Shown piece after piece: positions 56,001-64,000 of a stretch of DNA of 64,000 nucleotides (the stretch's first letter is position 1; each line of letters begins with the position of its first letter). The DNA lies in contig OY760867.2 in NCBI GenBank assembly GCA_963664035.2, positions 192,881 through 256,880 on the forward strand. Direction: 5' to 3'. The notes below the pieces were generated by a model that had not been told where the DNA came from, searched no databases, and saw nothing but the letters and a program-made list of their open reading frames with translations. Made by a program: the position numbers and the translations under genes. The stretch comes from Dehalococcoidia bacterium. GTDB taxonomy: Bacteria > Chloroflexota > Dehalococcoidia > Lucifugimonadales > G958296245.

Positions 56001-57605
56001 GACGTAGTCCGCCCCCGCCAACTCCTCGGAGACCCGTTCGAGCTTCCTGCCGTCGTCTCGCTCGTACATCGGAAGCTCCCGCACGTCGTACCGATCGAGG
56101 CCGGGAAGGCTCTCCTCCCAGTGTTCCCGCAGCACCACCGACCCCGCCGGCGCGTTGACGTTGATCCACTCCGACGCGCGCACCGCGCTGTGGGGCTGCC
56201 GGTACGACGACGTGTAGGCCGCGCCGTAGAACGCCGTCGCGCCCACGAGAACGACGAGCCCCAGCGCCAGCAGCGGACGCGCCAGGGGCCGGCCCGGCGC
56301 TGCCCGCTCCCACAGCGCGAAGCACGCCCTGGAGCCGAACAGCACAAGGAACGGCACTACCGGTATAAGGTAGCGCAGGTACTTCACCTCGAACGCGCCC
56401 GTGATCAGCAGGTACGGGACCACCCACGCGAGCAGCACCACCCCCGTCCGCGACTGCGGCGAGCGGAGGGGCAGCGTCGCCATCAGCGCCCCGAACGCGA
56501 CCAGGGACGCCACCGCGATGGCCCACAGGCTCGACGAGTAGAGCAGGACGGCGGCCGGCAGCACCCACCCCGCCGCGAGGTAGGCCAGCCCCGCGTCGGG
56601 CCGCATCCCCCGCAGCGACGCGTAGAGCAGCCCGCCCCACGCAACGACCCCCAGCGGCCAGCCGAGACCCCACGCCGCAAGCTGCCGCGCCTGGTACCAG
56701 TACGCCGGCGTATCGACGTACTGGAGCGTGTACACGTAGTCCCGGATCCGGCGCACCATCTCCGACTGCTCCACGACGTTGGACGTGAAGCGCTGCCAGT
56801 CCAGGAACGCGTACGGCTCGGCGACAACGAACGTGGCGAACGACGCCCCAAGTCCCGCCGCCAGGCCGGTCGCCGCCGTCCGCAGCCGGTCCCTGGACAC
56901 GCCCATCGCCCCCCCGTCGGCCGCCGCGAACAGGTAGACCGCGTGCGCCGCTATGAACGCTAGGTATATGGGCGCCTGGCTCACCTTGGTCGCCATCCCA
57001 AGGCCGACGAACACCCCCGCGAGCGCCGAGAGCCGCGGGCTGCCCGTCCTCGCAACCCCGACCAGCGCGCACAGCGCCGCCACCGAGAACAGCGCGAGCA
57101 GCACGTCGGAGGCGTAGAAGTGGCTTAGCTGGACGTGGATGACCGCCGTCGCGACCAGCGCCGCGGCCAGCAACCCCTCTCTCCGCCCGTACGTCCGGCT
57201 GCCCAGCAGGTACACGAGCGCGACCGTCGCCGCGTCCGCAAGCCCCGACACGGCCCGCCCGGCGGTCCTCAGGTCGCGCAGGTCGTCCACCGGCAGCGCC
57301 GAGTAGAGTAGCTGCACGGTCTTCAGCAGGTAGAACGGTACGCTGCCGTAGTCGAACCGCCTCGGGTTCCACGGGCTCGCGTCCGCGTCGAAGAAGGTGG
57401 CGACGGACGGCGCGCCCATCTCGCCCACCCTCACCAGGATGGAGCGCTCGTCGGGATGGGGCGTGAACGAGTACCCGCGGTCCCAATCGAGCCCGTACAG
57501 CCGCAGCGCCAGCGCCAGCCCGATGACGCCCGCGAGCCCCACCGCCGCGAGACGCTCCCGTGTCACCAACCCCACCGCCCAAGCCGGTTGTCTGACCTTC
57601 ATCAT
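53052..57605 (-). CDS. giant polytopic membrane protein: GT-C (PMT/ArnT-like) N-terminal domain fused to DUF2298 / Chlor_Arch_YYY domain
   Basis: 1517 aa with dozens of hydrophobic helices. The N-terminus LALALRLYGLDWDRGYSFTPHPDERS resembles dolichyl-phosphate-mannose-protein mannosyltransferase-like proteins. The FINYYYWGQF motif (YYY) is in the second half. A low-complexity (LRANGTEG)n insert lies mid-protein. Confidence 0.8.
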   Translation of the reverse strand: MMKVRQPAWAVGLVTRERLAAVGLAGVIGLALALRLYGLDWDRGYSFTPHPDERSILVRVGEMGAPSVATFFDADASPWNPRRFDYGSVPFYLLKTVQLLYSALPVDDLRDLRTAGRAVSGLADAATVALVYLLGSRTYGRREGLLAAALVATAVIHVQLSHFYASDVLLALFSVAALCALVGVARTGSPRLSALAGVFVGLGMATKVSQAPIYLAFIAAHAVYLFAAADGGAMGVSRDRLRTAATGLAAGLGASFATFVVAEPYAFLDWQRFTSNVVEQSEMVRRIRDYVYTLQYVDTPAYWYQARQLAAWGLGWPLGVVAWGGLLYASLRGMRPDAGLAYLAAGWVLPAAVLLYSSSLWAIAVASLVAFGALMATLPLRSPQSRTGVVLLAWVVPYLLITGAFEVKYLRYLIPVVPFLVLFGSRACFALWERAAPGRPLARPLLALGLVVLVGATAFYGAAYTSSYRQPHSAVRASEWINVNAPAGSVVLREHWEESLPGLDRYDVRELPMYERDDGRKLERVSEELAGADYVVFYSNRLYGTIPRLPERYHLSGEYYRLLFSGELGYELAHVETRYPRLAGAAFVHDTLGRPGLPDPGLPAPGGLPIDLGFADESFSVYDRPTVLVFENRARYDAGAIGERIERAAAGPFDRLRANGTEGLRANGTEGLGADGTEADGTDGLRANGADGMEGRGGPVLTAGEVEAQRAGGTWTEIVRPGVLADRWPVVAWLILVQGIALLTLPIAFAVLRPLADRGYLLAKPLGLLLVGLAVWLLAILRWAPFSAGSVALCLAALCAVSTALLVKRRDPMLETVRAHWRAMAVAEAVFLAAFLAFVALRMANPDLWHPFRGGEKPMDFAYLNAVVRSSYMPPYDPWFAGGFINYYYWGQFLVATLVRATGIDTAVAYNLAVPTFFAMTAAGAYSVVYNLAAATRGGGASAAGRWPAWAAGLTGAVFVAVLGNLDGAAQVGQGAWRALARNMPFGEFDFWRSSRMMGPDPPGHEVTEFPFFTFLFGDLHAHLMSTPFTMLAVGFALAVALGALRRGPGKWWDAGHAARVLLLGVAVGALRVLNTWDFPTYAALAAGAVLLAEYLAHGGLGLAVLGRAAAGTAFAMIAGFVAFLPYHLRYEAFFTGVERTTNTTVLTQFLGIHGLFVFVIASFLAYELRGWWLPALARVGRRLGGGGPAARRAWAAAMGGGLAALVVGVVVTGWTGSTIPFLAALAVPAAVVGAGAMRRGTADGAALAFACMAALVALLLAMGLDVYRVEGDIDRMNSVFKFYLHVWALLALAAAYLLWRVGYGRGLGLPRGWPTRAWTGGLLILLAAAAVYPLLGTRDRLRDRFDGAVTPMTLDGTAFMESAVYWDQGGPIALSDDLRAIGWLKGSTDGRPNVEGSPVLLEAQTPSYRWGGRVSVHTGLPGVVGWGWHQSQQRWDYRAEVERRLQDVDAIYRTGSGAEALEMLRRYGVEYVYVGEVERLYYPESGLAKFEDGLGGALERVYEDGGVTIYRLWGVE

Positions 57606-57699
57606 ACCCGGCTATTCTAGCCCACGAAGCCCGACCGCCGGCTGGTATAATGCGCCCCAATGCGTCGCCGCATGAGGCGCGCCGGAGGAGGGATACCCG

Positions 57700-58626
57700 A
57701 TGCAGACTCGAACCCTGGGTAAGGACGGAGCGGAAGTGACGGCCATCTGCCTGGGCACGTGGCCTATTGGAGGCGCGTTCAGCGCCGTGCCGGAGCGGCA
57801 GGCCGTCGCCACCGTGCGCGCCTGCATCGACCACGGCATAACGTTCCTCGACACCGCCGAGGGCTACGGCGTCAGCGAGGCCCGCGTGGGCAAGGCCATC
57901 GAGGGGCGCAGGGACAAGGTCTTCCTGGCCACCAAGGTCTCGGGCGGAAACAACACCCCCGAGCACATCCGCGAGGCCATCGAAAACAGCCTCAAGAGCC
58001 TCGGCACGGACTACGTCGACCTCTACCAGGTACACGCCCCCTCGTCCGAGACGCCCATCGAGGACACGATGGCGGAGATGCTGCGCCAGAAGGACGCCGG
58101 CAAGCTCCGCTATATCGGCGTCTCCAACTTCGACGAGGACCAGATGAGCGAGGCCCAGCGGCACGGCCCCGTACACAGCTCCCAGCCGCGCTACAGCATG
58201 CTATTCAGGGAGTCGGAGGAGTCGGTCCTGCCCTACTGCCTGGAGAACGGCATCGGCGCGATGGCATACTCCGTCATGGCGAAGGGAATGCTAGGAGGCC
58301 GGTACAAGCCGGGCCACCAGTTCGCCAAGGACGACGAGCGCACCGGCTGGAGCCACTTCCAGGACCAGCGGGTCTTCGACGTCATCCTGAGGCTGTCGGA
58401 ATGGGCCGGCGACCACGGCAGGACCCTGCCCCAGCTTGCCATCGCCTGGGTGATCGCCAACCCGGCCGTCGCCACCGCCATCGTCGGTTGCAGGAAGCCC
58501 GAACAGGTGCCGGACAACGCCATGGCGGGCACCTGGGTGCTCAGCGAGGACGACCTCCAGGAGGTCGAGGCCATACAGGGCGACCTGCGGCTGGGCGTCG
58601 AAAAGCAGCCCGCCTGGCGCCTATGA
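57700..58626 (+). CDS. aldo/keto reductase
   Basis: 308 aa. LGKDGAEVTAICLGTWPIGG, FLDTAEGYG, DLYQVH and SQPRYSML are AKR family hallmarks. Confidence 0.85.
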   Translation: MQTRTLGKDGAEVTAICLGTWPIGGAFSAVPERQAVATVRACIDHGITFLDTAEGYGVSEARVGKAIEGRRDKVFLATKVSGGNNTPEHIREAIENSLKSLGTDYVDLYQVHAPSSETPIEDTMAEMLRQKDAGKLRYIGVSNFDEDQMSEAQRHGPVHSSQPRYSMLFRESEESVLPYCLENGIGAMAYSVMAKGMLGGRYKPGHQFAKDDERTGWSHFQDQRVFDVILRLSEWAGDHGRTLPQLAIAWVIANPAVATAIVGCRKPEQVPDNAMAGTWVLSEDDLQEVEAIQGDLRLGVEKQPAWRL

Positions 58627-59480
58627 AGGACCGCATAGACGAGATACTCCGCGGCTCCTTCGACCTCCACGTCCAGGCCGGGCCCGACCCCGGGCAGGAG
58701 TGGCGCGTCGACGCCCTCGACGCCGGACGGTACGCCCACGAGGCCGAGATGGCGGGCTTCGCGCTCAAGTCCCACCACTACCCCACGGCCCCGCTGGCCC
58801 ACGCCCTCAACCGCGTCTACCCCGGCCTGAACGTCGTGGGAGCCGTCGCCCTGAACGCGCACGTCGGGGGGATCAACCCCCATGCCGTCGAGGCCTCCGC
58901 CGCGATGGGCGCCGGCGTCGTATGGATGCCCACCTACGACGCCGACTTCTTCATGAGGAGGCAGGGCCTCGGCCCGGGGATCCGCGTCCTGGACGAGACC
59001 GGCCGCCTCAGGCCCGAGGTCCACGACGTAATAGAGGTCGCCAGGCTAAACGGCATGGTGCTGGCGTCGGGCTGCCTCGCGCCCGACGAGACGATAGCCC
59101 TCTTCGCCGCCGCCAACGCCGCCGGCGTCGAGCGCCTGCTGGCAACGCCCCCCGCCCTCACGGCCAGCCTCGGCGATATGGCCGCCATGACCGCCAGGGG
59201 CGCGTTCGTCGAGCTGACGATGCTGGCCTGCATGCCCTCGTTCAGGCTCATGACCCTGGACGCCGTCGTCGAGACGGTCAGGGCGCTTGGGCCGCAGCGC
59301 TGCGTCGTGACCACCGACTTCGGCCAGCTCGTCAACCCGCCGCCTGCGGAGGGCATGCGCATGGCCATCGCCGGCCTGCTCGACGCCGGCCTGTCCCCCG
59401 CCGAGGTCGAAACGCTGGTCAAGACCAACCCGCGCCACCTCGTCGGCCTCGACCCAACCGCCCAGACCTCACAGGCCTAG
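58623..59480 (+). CDS. amidohydrolase-fold/DUF6282-like protein
   Basis: ATG 58623 overlaps the AKR stop (ATGA). 285 aa. FDLHVQAGPD, LKSHH and TTDFGQ suggest a TIM-barrel metal-dependent hydrolase-like fold. The family assignment is tentative. Confidence 0.5.
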   Translation: MKDRIDEILRGSFDLHVQAGPDPGQEWRVDALDAGRYAHEAEMAGFALKSHHYPTAPLAHALNRVYPGLNVVGAVALNAHVGGINPHAVEASAAMGAGVVWMPTYDADFFMRRQGLGPGIRVLDETGRLRPEVHDVIEVARLNGMVLASGCLAPDETIALFAAANAAGVERLLATPPALTASLGDMAAMTARGAFVELTMLACMPSFRLMTLDAVVETVRALGPQRCVVTTDFGQLVNPPPAEGMRMAIAGLLDAGLSPAEVETLVKTNPRHLVGLDPTAQTSQA

Positions 59481-60439
59481 CGACGTTGCTGTGTTTCGCG
59501 AAGTGAGGTATCGGCTACGACATAGTGAGGACGCTTCTTGGCTTCCATGAATGTTCTGCCAATGTATTCACCACAGATTCCTATGCATACAAGCTGTATC
59601 CCTCCCAGGAAGTAGATCCCTGTCATAATCGACGCCCAGCCGGGTACGGACTGTTCGGTTAAGGTGTGGATCAAGATCGCGTATACTCCGTACAAGGAGC
59701 TAGCTGCCGATATTAGGAAGCCGACCATCATCACCAACCTCAGGGGAAGGATGCTAAATCCTAGCAGCCCGTCCAACGCTAGTCGGAGCATCTTTCCAAG
59801 GGTATATTTCGTCTCTCCAGCGTGTCTGTCGTCCGGTGAGTAAGGGAGAGCAAACTGCCTGAAACCGGACCAGGCCAAGTATCCCCTCAAGAAGATATTT
59901 CCTTCATCAGATTGCCGCAGCACCTCGACGACTTTCCTATCCAACAGCCGAAAGTCCGCGGCTCCCGGGACCAGCTCCACATCGGACATCTTGTTCATAA
60001 CCCAGTAGAAGCCGGAAGAGGCCAATCTCTTGAGCAGCCGCGGCTTGCCACTATCCTTCCTGACCGTTACCACCACGTCGTAGCCATTGCGCCAATGTTC
60101 GATCATGATCGGAATCAGGGACGGGGGATGTTGTAAGTCTCCATCCATGCTGACGGCGATGTCGCCGCTACAGTAATCCAGCCCTGCCTTCAAGGCGCTC
60201 TGGTGACCAAAGTTCCTAGATAAGGCAATATAATGAACGTTGGGATGGTCTCTATTCAGGGCCTGTATCCTCTCGAGCGTATCGTCTGTGCTGCCGTCGT
60301 CGATAAAAATTATCTCACTATCGCATACAGGGCTGACGTGCTGCTCGATCTGTGCATGCAGCGCGGCGATGTTCTCCGCCTCGTTGTACACTGGTATCAA
60401 GATGGAAAGGACAATGCTATTGTCGTCTGTCATGCACAT
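59477..60439 (-). CDS. GT2 polyprenyl-phosphate glycosyltransferase (ArnC/GtrB/DPM1-like)
   Basis: 320 aa. LSILIPVYNE, FIDDGSTD and MDGDLQH (DxD), plus two C-terminal TM helices, match the ArnC/GtrB architecture. Low GC. Confidence 0.85.
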   Translation of the reverse strand: MCMTDDNSIVLSILIPVYNEAENIAALHAQIEQHVSPVCDSEIIFIDDGSTDDTLERIQALNRDHPNVHYIALSRNFGHQSALKAGLDYCSGDIAVSMDGDLQHPPSLIPIMIEHWRNGYDVVVTVRKDSGKPRLLKRLASSGFYWVMNKMSDVELVPGAADFRLLDRKVVEVLRQSDEGNIFLRGYLAWSGFRQFALPYSPDDRHAGETKYTLGKMLRLALDGLLGFSILPLRLVMMVGFLISAASSLYGVYAILIHTLTEQSVPGWASIMTGIYFLGGIQLVCIGICGEYIGRTFMEAKKRPHYVVADTSLRETQQRR

Positions 60440-60445
60440 CCTCCT

Positions 60446-60778
60446 TTACGAAGATACGATAAGAACGATTGCGGCCAGCCCTAATGCGATGCCAATCGCA
60501 TGTCTCGATGTTATGGATTCTCCCGCCCACGCGCCATACCCAACGACTATGAGGATTACCCCTATGGTCATGACCGGAGCAATCTTGCTGATCGAAAAGT
60601 ATCTAAGGCTCAGATAGTAAGCTACGAATGCAAGAAGGTAGGAAAGGCCGCTCGATCCCATGAGCACAATCCACCAAATCCAGTTGCCCTCATACGCCGT
60701 GGCGCGTTTTAGGCACACCTGCGCAAACGATGAGAATAATATGCCGCCGAGTACGTACATCCAACCTAGCTGACTCAA
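60446..60778 (-). CDS. small 4-TM EamA/SMR-like transporter (ArnE/ArnF-type flippase subunit-like)
   Basis: 110 aa with four hydrophobic helices. FSSFAQVCLKRA resembles the ArnE/F N-terminal motif. It sits between GT-C and GT2 genes with a 6-nt gap to the GT2 start. Low GC. Confidence 0.65.
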   Translation of the reverse strand: MSQLGWMYVLGGILFSSFAQVCLKRATAYEGNWIWWIVLMGSSGLSYLLAFVAYYLSLRYFSISKIAPVMTIGVILIVVGYGAWAGESITSRHAIGIALGLAAIVLIVSS

Positions 60779-60811
60779 TTGCTACCCCTCCGATACCAAG
60801 TTTTCCATGAG

Positions 60812-62587
60812 TCACGCTTCTGCGCACGATACTTTGCGTATCGCCCAATGATATTGCTCAACCTTGGCGACGCCTGCATCTTTTGAGAAATAGGGCGGTA
60901 TCTTCGCCGCCCAGCGCCATGTAAGCATCGGAGGCCTATCCGCGCCTCCATCTTTGGAAAAATGAGGAGATTCCATTTGAAGCAGAGACGCCAGGTGATA
61001 GGCGAGGGAAGGCGGCTGCCGTTGGGACTGACCGATGATGGAGACTATGACGGTACACTCTTTCGGTATCTCCGCCATCGTATCCGCTGTCGGCCTTCTA
61101 TGCAGAGCGACAGTGTAATACGGCTGTAACCTTTCGTCCGGCTGACTCGTTAGGATTCCTCCGTACTCTCTATCGTGGAATCGTGGGGAAAATCGTTGGA
61201 AATACATGATGAGGTTATGCACATGTTCATTTCGGTTCTCCAGGATGTGGATACGATGGCCTTGATCATGAATACGAACGATCGCGGCTATCAACTTGGA
61301 TTCCGTATGGCGCAAGTCGTGCTGAACAATCGTTTGACCTAGGAAGTTATAGTAATTGGCGCACACGAAATATACAATGAATCCGACAAATACTATGACC
61401 ACCGATCTCCTAGCACCCTTCGACATGCCCATGCCGGTTTCCAGGAGGTACTTACAGGAAAAGGCCATGAGCGTCGTAAGGATCGGTATCAATACATACC
61501 AGTAGCGAAGAACTGGAGCCCAAGAAGCCCCTAGAATGAGGAACGTACTTGCAGCTTGACCCAAGAGGAATATGATAAAAGCGGACTGAGCATCGAACCG
61601 CCTGCCCTCCGCGATACATCGCCTTGAAGCCCTGGCAAGATTGATGAGCAGCAGGACGCAGAGGGTCACGAAGCCAATCGAGATAACGAAGAAAGAAGTA
61701 TAGACCTGGAACAGGCCCCTCAAGATAGTTTTGGAATTGAAAATAAACCTCTCCAGCGTCAATCCTGGTGTACTGTAGCCATAGCCCTCAGCCTGATACA
61801 CTATGTAGACCTTAATGAGCATGTGGACGAATATCAGGGCTAGGAGTATCCCAATGATAACATCCCGCGAGGTCCTCTTCCGGAGGAACAGGACATAGTA
61901 TAGGTAGAAAGCCAGTATCCATGACATGATGGCTATGTTGGCCTCCTTGGACAGAGACAGACCAAGAAAGCCAAAGAAGAACAACCCGCGCGCCAGGATG
62001 ATTGCCAGCGGGCCCCGTCCTCTGTCTTCCTCCAGAATGATGAGAGCCATCGCCCAGGTGCATACGCCAAGGAAGAGGACGGTATGAACTTCCTGGGGCG
62101 CCAATCGGGAAGCCGGTGAGTTCGGAAAGAACAGCCAGACGTACAACAGTAGTGCTAGGGGAACAATCTGAGATGCCCGATTGTGTTTATCGCTGGAGAA
62201 GCACGTGAAGGCAGCGGAGAAGGCAATAACTGCGGCAAAGTGCAAGACCCATCTGCCCAGATGATGCAGCCACGGAGTTGGCCCGAAGAGCTTCCAGGCC
62301 AACATATTATATATCTCAAAGAAGGGCCTATACCTGCTGCCAATGTACTCAAATGCCAGAAACCTTTCGTAGAACCAGTGGGAAATCCTCGATGGACTCT
62401 CGATGACCTCGACCCACGTCCAATCATGATAGTCATCGATAAAGGCGAACGGTGTAGCAAGGGAATGGTAGAAAACCGGTATGAACAATAGGGCCGGGAT
62501 AGCGATGAATATGAGGGCTTTCAGAGTCGCGTTGCTAGAAGGTCCCCAGCCGTCGAGGTTGAGCTTGTATTTGGAAAGTGGTCTCAT
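60812..62587 (-). CDS. polytopic membrane protein, probable GT-C-fold glycosyltransferase
   Basis: 591 aa. At least 10 hydrophobic helices in the first ~400 aa are followed by a soluble C-terminal domain. An early acidic loop (FAFIDDYHDW) is like GT-C DxD/ExD loops. It is the first gene of the low-GC three-gene cassette. Confidence 0.55.
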   Translation of the reverse strand: MRPLSKYKLNLDGWGPSSNATLKALIFIAIPALLFIPVFYHSLATPFAFIDDYHDWTWVEVIESPSRISHWFYERFLAFEYIGSRYRPFFEIYNMLAWKLFGPTPWLHHLGRWVLHFAAVIAFSAAFTCFSSDKHNRASQIVPLALLLYVWLFFPNSPASRLAPQEVHTVLFLGVCTWAMALIILEEDRGRGPLAIILARGLFFFGFLGLSLSKEANIAIMSWILAFYLYYVLFLRKRTSRDVIIGILLALIFVHMLIKVYIVYQAEGYGYSTPGLTLERFIFNSKTILRGLFQVYTSFFVISIGFVTLCVLLLINLARASRRCIAEGRRFDAQSAFIIFLLGQAASTFLILGASWAPVLRYWYVLIPILTTLMAFSCKYLLETGMGMSKGARRSVVIVFVGFIVYFVCANYYNFLGQTIVQHDLRHTESKLIAAIVRIHDQGHRIHILENRNEHVHNLIMYFQRFSPRFHDREYGGILTSQPDERLQPYYTVALHRRPTADTMAEIPKECTVIVSIIGQSQRQPPSLAYHLASLLQMESPHFSKDGGADRPPMLTWRWAAKIPPYFSKDAGVAKVEQYHWAIRKVSCAEA

Positions 62588-62632
62588 CCTACTTGATGCG
62601 CGTTATGAGCCTTCTTCAATGCGTGAACCAAC

Positions 62633-63838
62633 TCACAAATTATACGGCGCCCACGGCGCCACCCCCGTCCGAAACATCCCGTCCGCCACCGACAGCGCCC
62701 CCGCCGTCCGCTCCTCCACCCGCCCCGCGCGCGCCAGCGTCGTGAACCCAACGCCCCCCAGGTAGGCCGCCGCCAGGTCCGACGCCGACAGCGCCAGGTC
62801 CGGCGCTGAGCGCGTCTGGCGGCAGGAGGCGCCGCCCTCCCCGCCATCCAGCTCGTACACCCCCTCGTTCCACGGGCAGAACTCGTCCCGCACCTCCAAC
62901 GCCAGCCGGCCCTCCGTAGCGTACCGCCGCCGCTCCAGCGCCGGACCAACGTCCACGACGCGGAGCCACATCCGGTCCGACACGCTGCGGCGCAGACGCG
63001 CCGGGTCCGCCAGCATCCACGGCAGAGGGTCGTCCACCGGCCGCCTCGACGCCGTCGCGCCCGTCGTCAGGTCCATGCCGAGGCAGTACCCCCACGTCGC
63101 CGCCCAGGCCGCCGGCGTCAGCCCCATCAGCTCCTGCACGTGCAGCGCGTCGCCCCCGATCGCGTACTTGGCGTAGCCCAGGGGACGCCCCTCCTCCTCG
63201 TACACCACCCTGAACACCGCCTCCCCCGCCGGCCCGCCGCCGCCGTCGGCCAGGAACGTCTCGTACGACTCGGGCCGATACCTCACCATGCCCGGCCGCT
63301 GCGATGTGACCCCCAGGTAGACCTCCAGCACCGGCGCCTTAGCCTCCTCGCCTTCCACGAACCGTATCCGCCCCTCCGGCTCGATCCCGGTGGACAGGGC
63401 TGAGTGCTCCTTGTCGATCGACCACTCCTCGTGCATCGACACGATCCCGTACCCGAAGCGCCCGTAGATGATGCTCTCGGACGCCGTCAGCGCCGCCAGC
63501 GGCTCGCCCCGCTCGTGGATGTCCGATAGCTGCCGCGCCATCATCCGCGTCAGCACCCCGCGCCGCCTGTGCGTCGGCATGACGCCCACCATGTCCACCA
63601 GCGCCGTCGGAAGGGCGCCCCCCGGCGCCGTCACCTCCACCGAGAGCGCGTGCGTCGTCCCCACTATCGCCGCGCCCTCGAACGCCGCCAAAGCCCGGTC
63701 CACCTCCACTGCGGGCCGCGCCCGCGCCGCGTCCTCCGCCGTCGCCCGCCGCCCGAAGGCCACGTCGTGGTCGATGAACCACCCCTCGTACTCGCTCTCC
63801 CCTATCCCGCGTATCTCGATCTCAGGCGCAGCGCCCAC
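62633..63838 (-). CDS. Eis-like GNAT acetyltransferase (GNAT + SCP2-like C-terminal domain)
   Basis: 401 aa. VGVMPTHRRRGVLTRMM (GNAT motif A) and ESIIYGRFGYG, together with length and C-terminal region, match enhanced-intracellular-survival-type acetyltransferases. Confidence 0.75.
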   Translation of the reverse strand: MGAAPEIEIRGIGESEYEGWFIDHDVAFGRRATAEDAARARPAVEVDRALAAFEGAAIVGTTHALSVEVTAPGGALPTALVDMVGVMPTHRRRGVLTRMMARQLSDIHERGEPLAALTASESIIYGRFGYGIVSMHEEWSIDKEHSALSTGIEPEGRIRFVEGEEAKAPVLEVYLGVTSQRPGMVRYRPESYETFLADGGGGPAGEAVFRVVYEEEGRPLGYAKYAIGGDALHVQELMGLTPAAWAATWGYCLGMDLTTGATASRRPVDDPLPWMLADPARLRRSVSDRMWLRVVDVGPALERRRYATEGRLALEVRDEFCPWNEGVYELDGGEGGASCRQTRSAPDLALSASDLAAAYLGGVGFTTLARAGRVEERTAGALSVADGMFRTGVAPWAPYNL

Positions 63839-64000
63839 TATCCATCCCCCTTACTCGGACACCTGCCCCCATTCTGCTCCCTACTGGGAGAGACGCAGGT
63901 CGAAATGCTCTGGCCGGTGTCGTAGTCAACACGCCTAGTGGTCCAAACATCTTGGGACTGATGGCATCTGACATCCATCCGGTATGAAAATAACCGTGCC

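Noticed and set aside
53038-58176. Long ORFs overlapping the DUF2298 gene (53038..54378 -, 53748..54872 +, 54427..55464 -, 55056..56963 +, 55486..58176 -) and those overlapping AKR/DUF6282 (57759..59480 upstream part, 58233..59024 -, 58700..59506 +)
   Set aside because: These are shadow frames with extreme Arg/Gly/Pro content. The chosen frames have membrane-helix periodicity or enzyme motifs.
1-64000. tRNA, rRNA, tmRNA or riboswitch genes
   Set aside because: Scanning intergenic regions by eye found no cloverleaf-compatible segment (GTTCRANYC T-loop context with acceptor-stem pairing), rRNA-like stretch or known riboswitch core. A tRNAscan/Infernal run would be needed to exclude them formally.

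Overview
High-GC (roughly two-thirds G+C by eye) bacterial chromosomal window. It is most consistent with Chloroflexota: a Chlor_Arch_YYY/DUF2298 giant membrane protein, several F420-linked enzymes, and many GGGGCGGGTTTCAAACCCGCCC-type REP hairpins. No tools were run, so all family names come from motif recognition and need HMM or BLAST confirmation.

Layout by coordinate:
- 0.1-2.7 kb: hairpin-rich MITE-like segment, then a type II restriction-modification pair.
- 2.9-6.8 kb: an ADH/F420-LLM operon. It is flanked by two paralogous copies of a small-gene cassette of unknown function (an 84-90 aa 'WDW' protein translationally coupled to a coiled-coil tail-anchored protein).
- 6.9-9.1 kb: two Gfo/Idh/MocA oxidoreductases.
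- 9.3-13.5 kb: a decayed low-GC defence islet. It holds an ISAs1-family IS with a 9-bp direct repeat and an A7 frameshift, a DUF3800 3' fragment, an IS701-like IS with a 4-bp duplication in its transposase, and a 3'-truncated AIPR abortive-infection gene.
- 13.6-14.6 kb: beta-carbonic anhydrase, then an orphan extended -10 promoter facing a phased GTCTCAT repeat array.
- 14.6-16.2 kb: a TcmP/DUF5131 (three-Cys-motif) gene pair.
- 16.3-22.4 kb: housekeeping-like genes (HpcH aldolase, NpdG, MA-type peptidase, PhyH, Uma2, a membrane protein).
- 22.4-23.3 kb: a 6 x 131-bp tandem array.
- 23.3-24.5 kb: an HDAC/AcuC-like gene.
- 24.5-51.7 kb: two paralogous giant FN3/cadherin-like surface proteins (3956 and 4530 aa, about 40% of the window). 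They share promoter hexamers, terminator hairpins and a C-terminal anchor, and are separated by REP/minisatellite DNA and a retropepsin-like gene.
- 52-64 kb: a REP cluster, an MNT nucleotidyltransferase with a degraded HEPN partner, a 1517-aa GT-C/DUF2298 protein, an AKR, a low-GC Arn/Gtr-like three-gene lipid-linked glycosylation cassette, and an Eis-like GNAT.

No rRNA, tRNA or CRISPR array was recognised. Many long ORFs in the track are antisense or alternative-frame shadows typical of high-GC DNA and were rejected.
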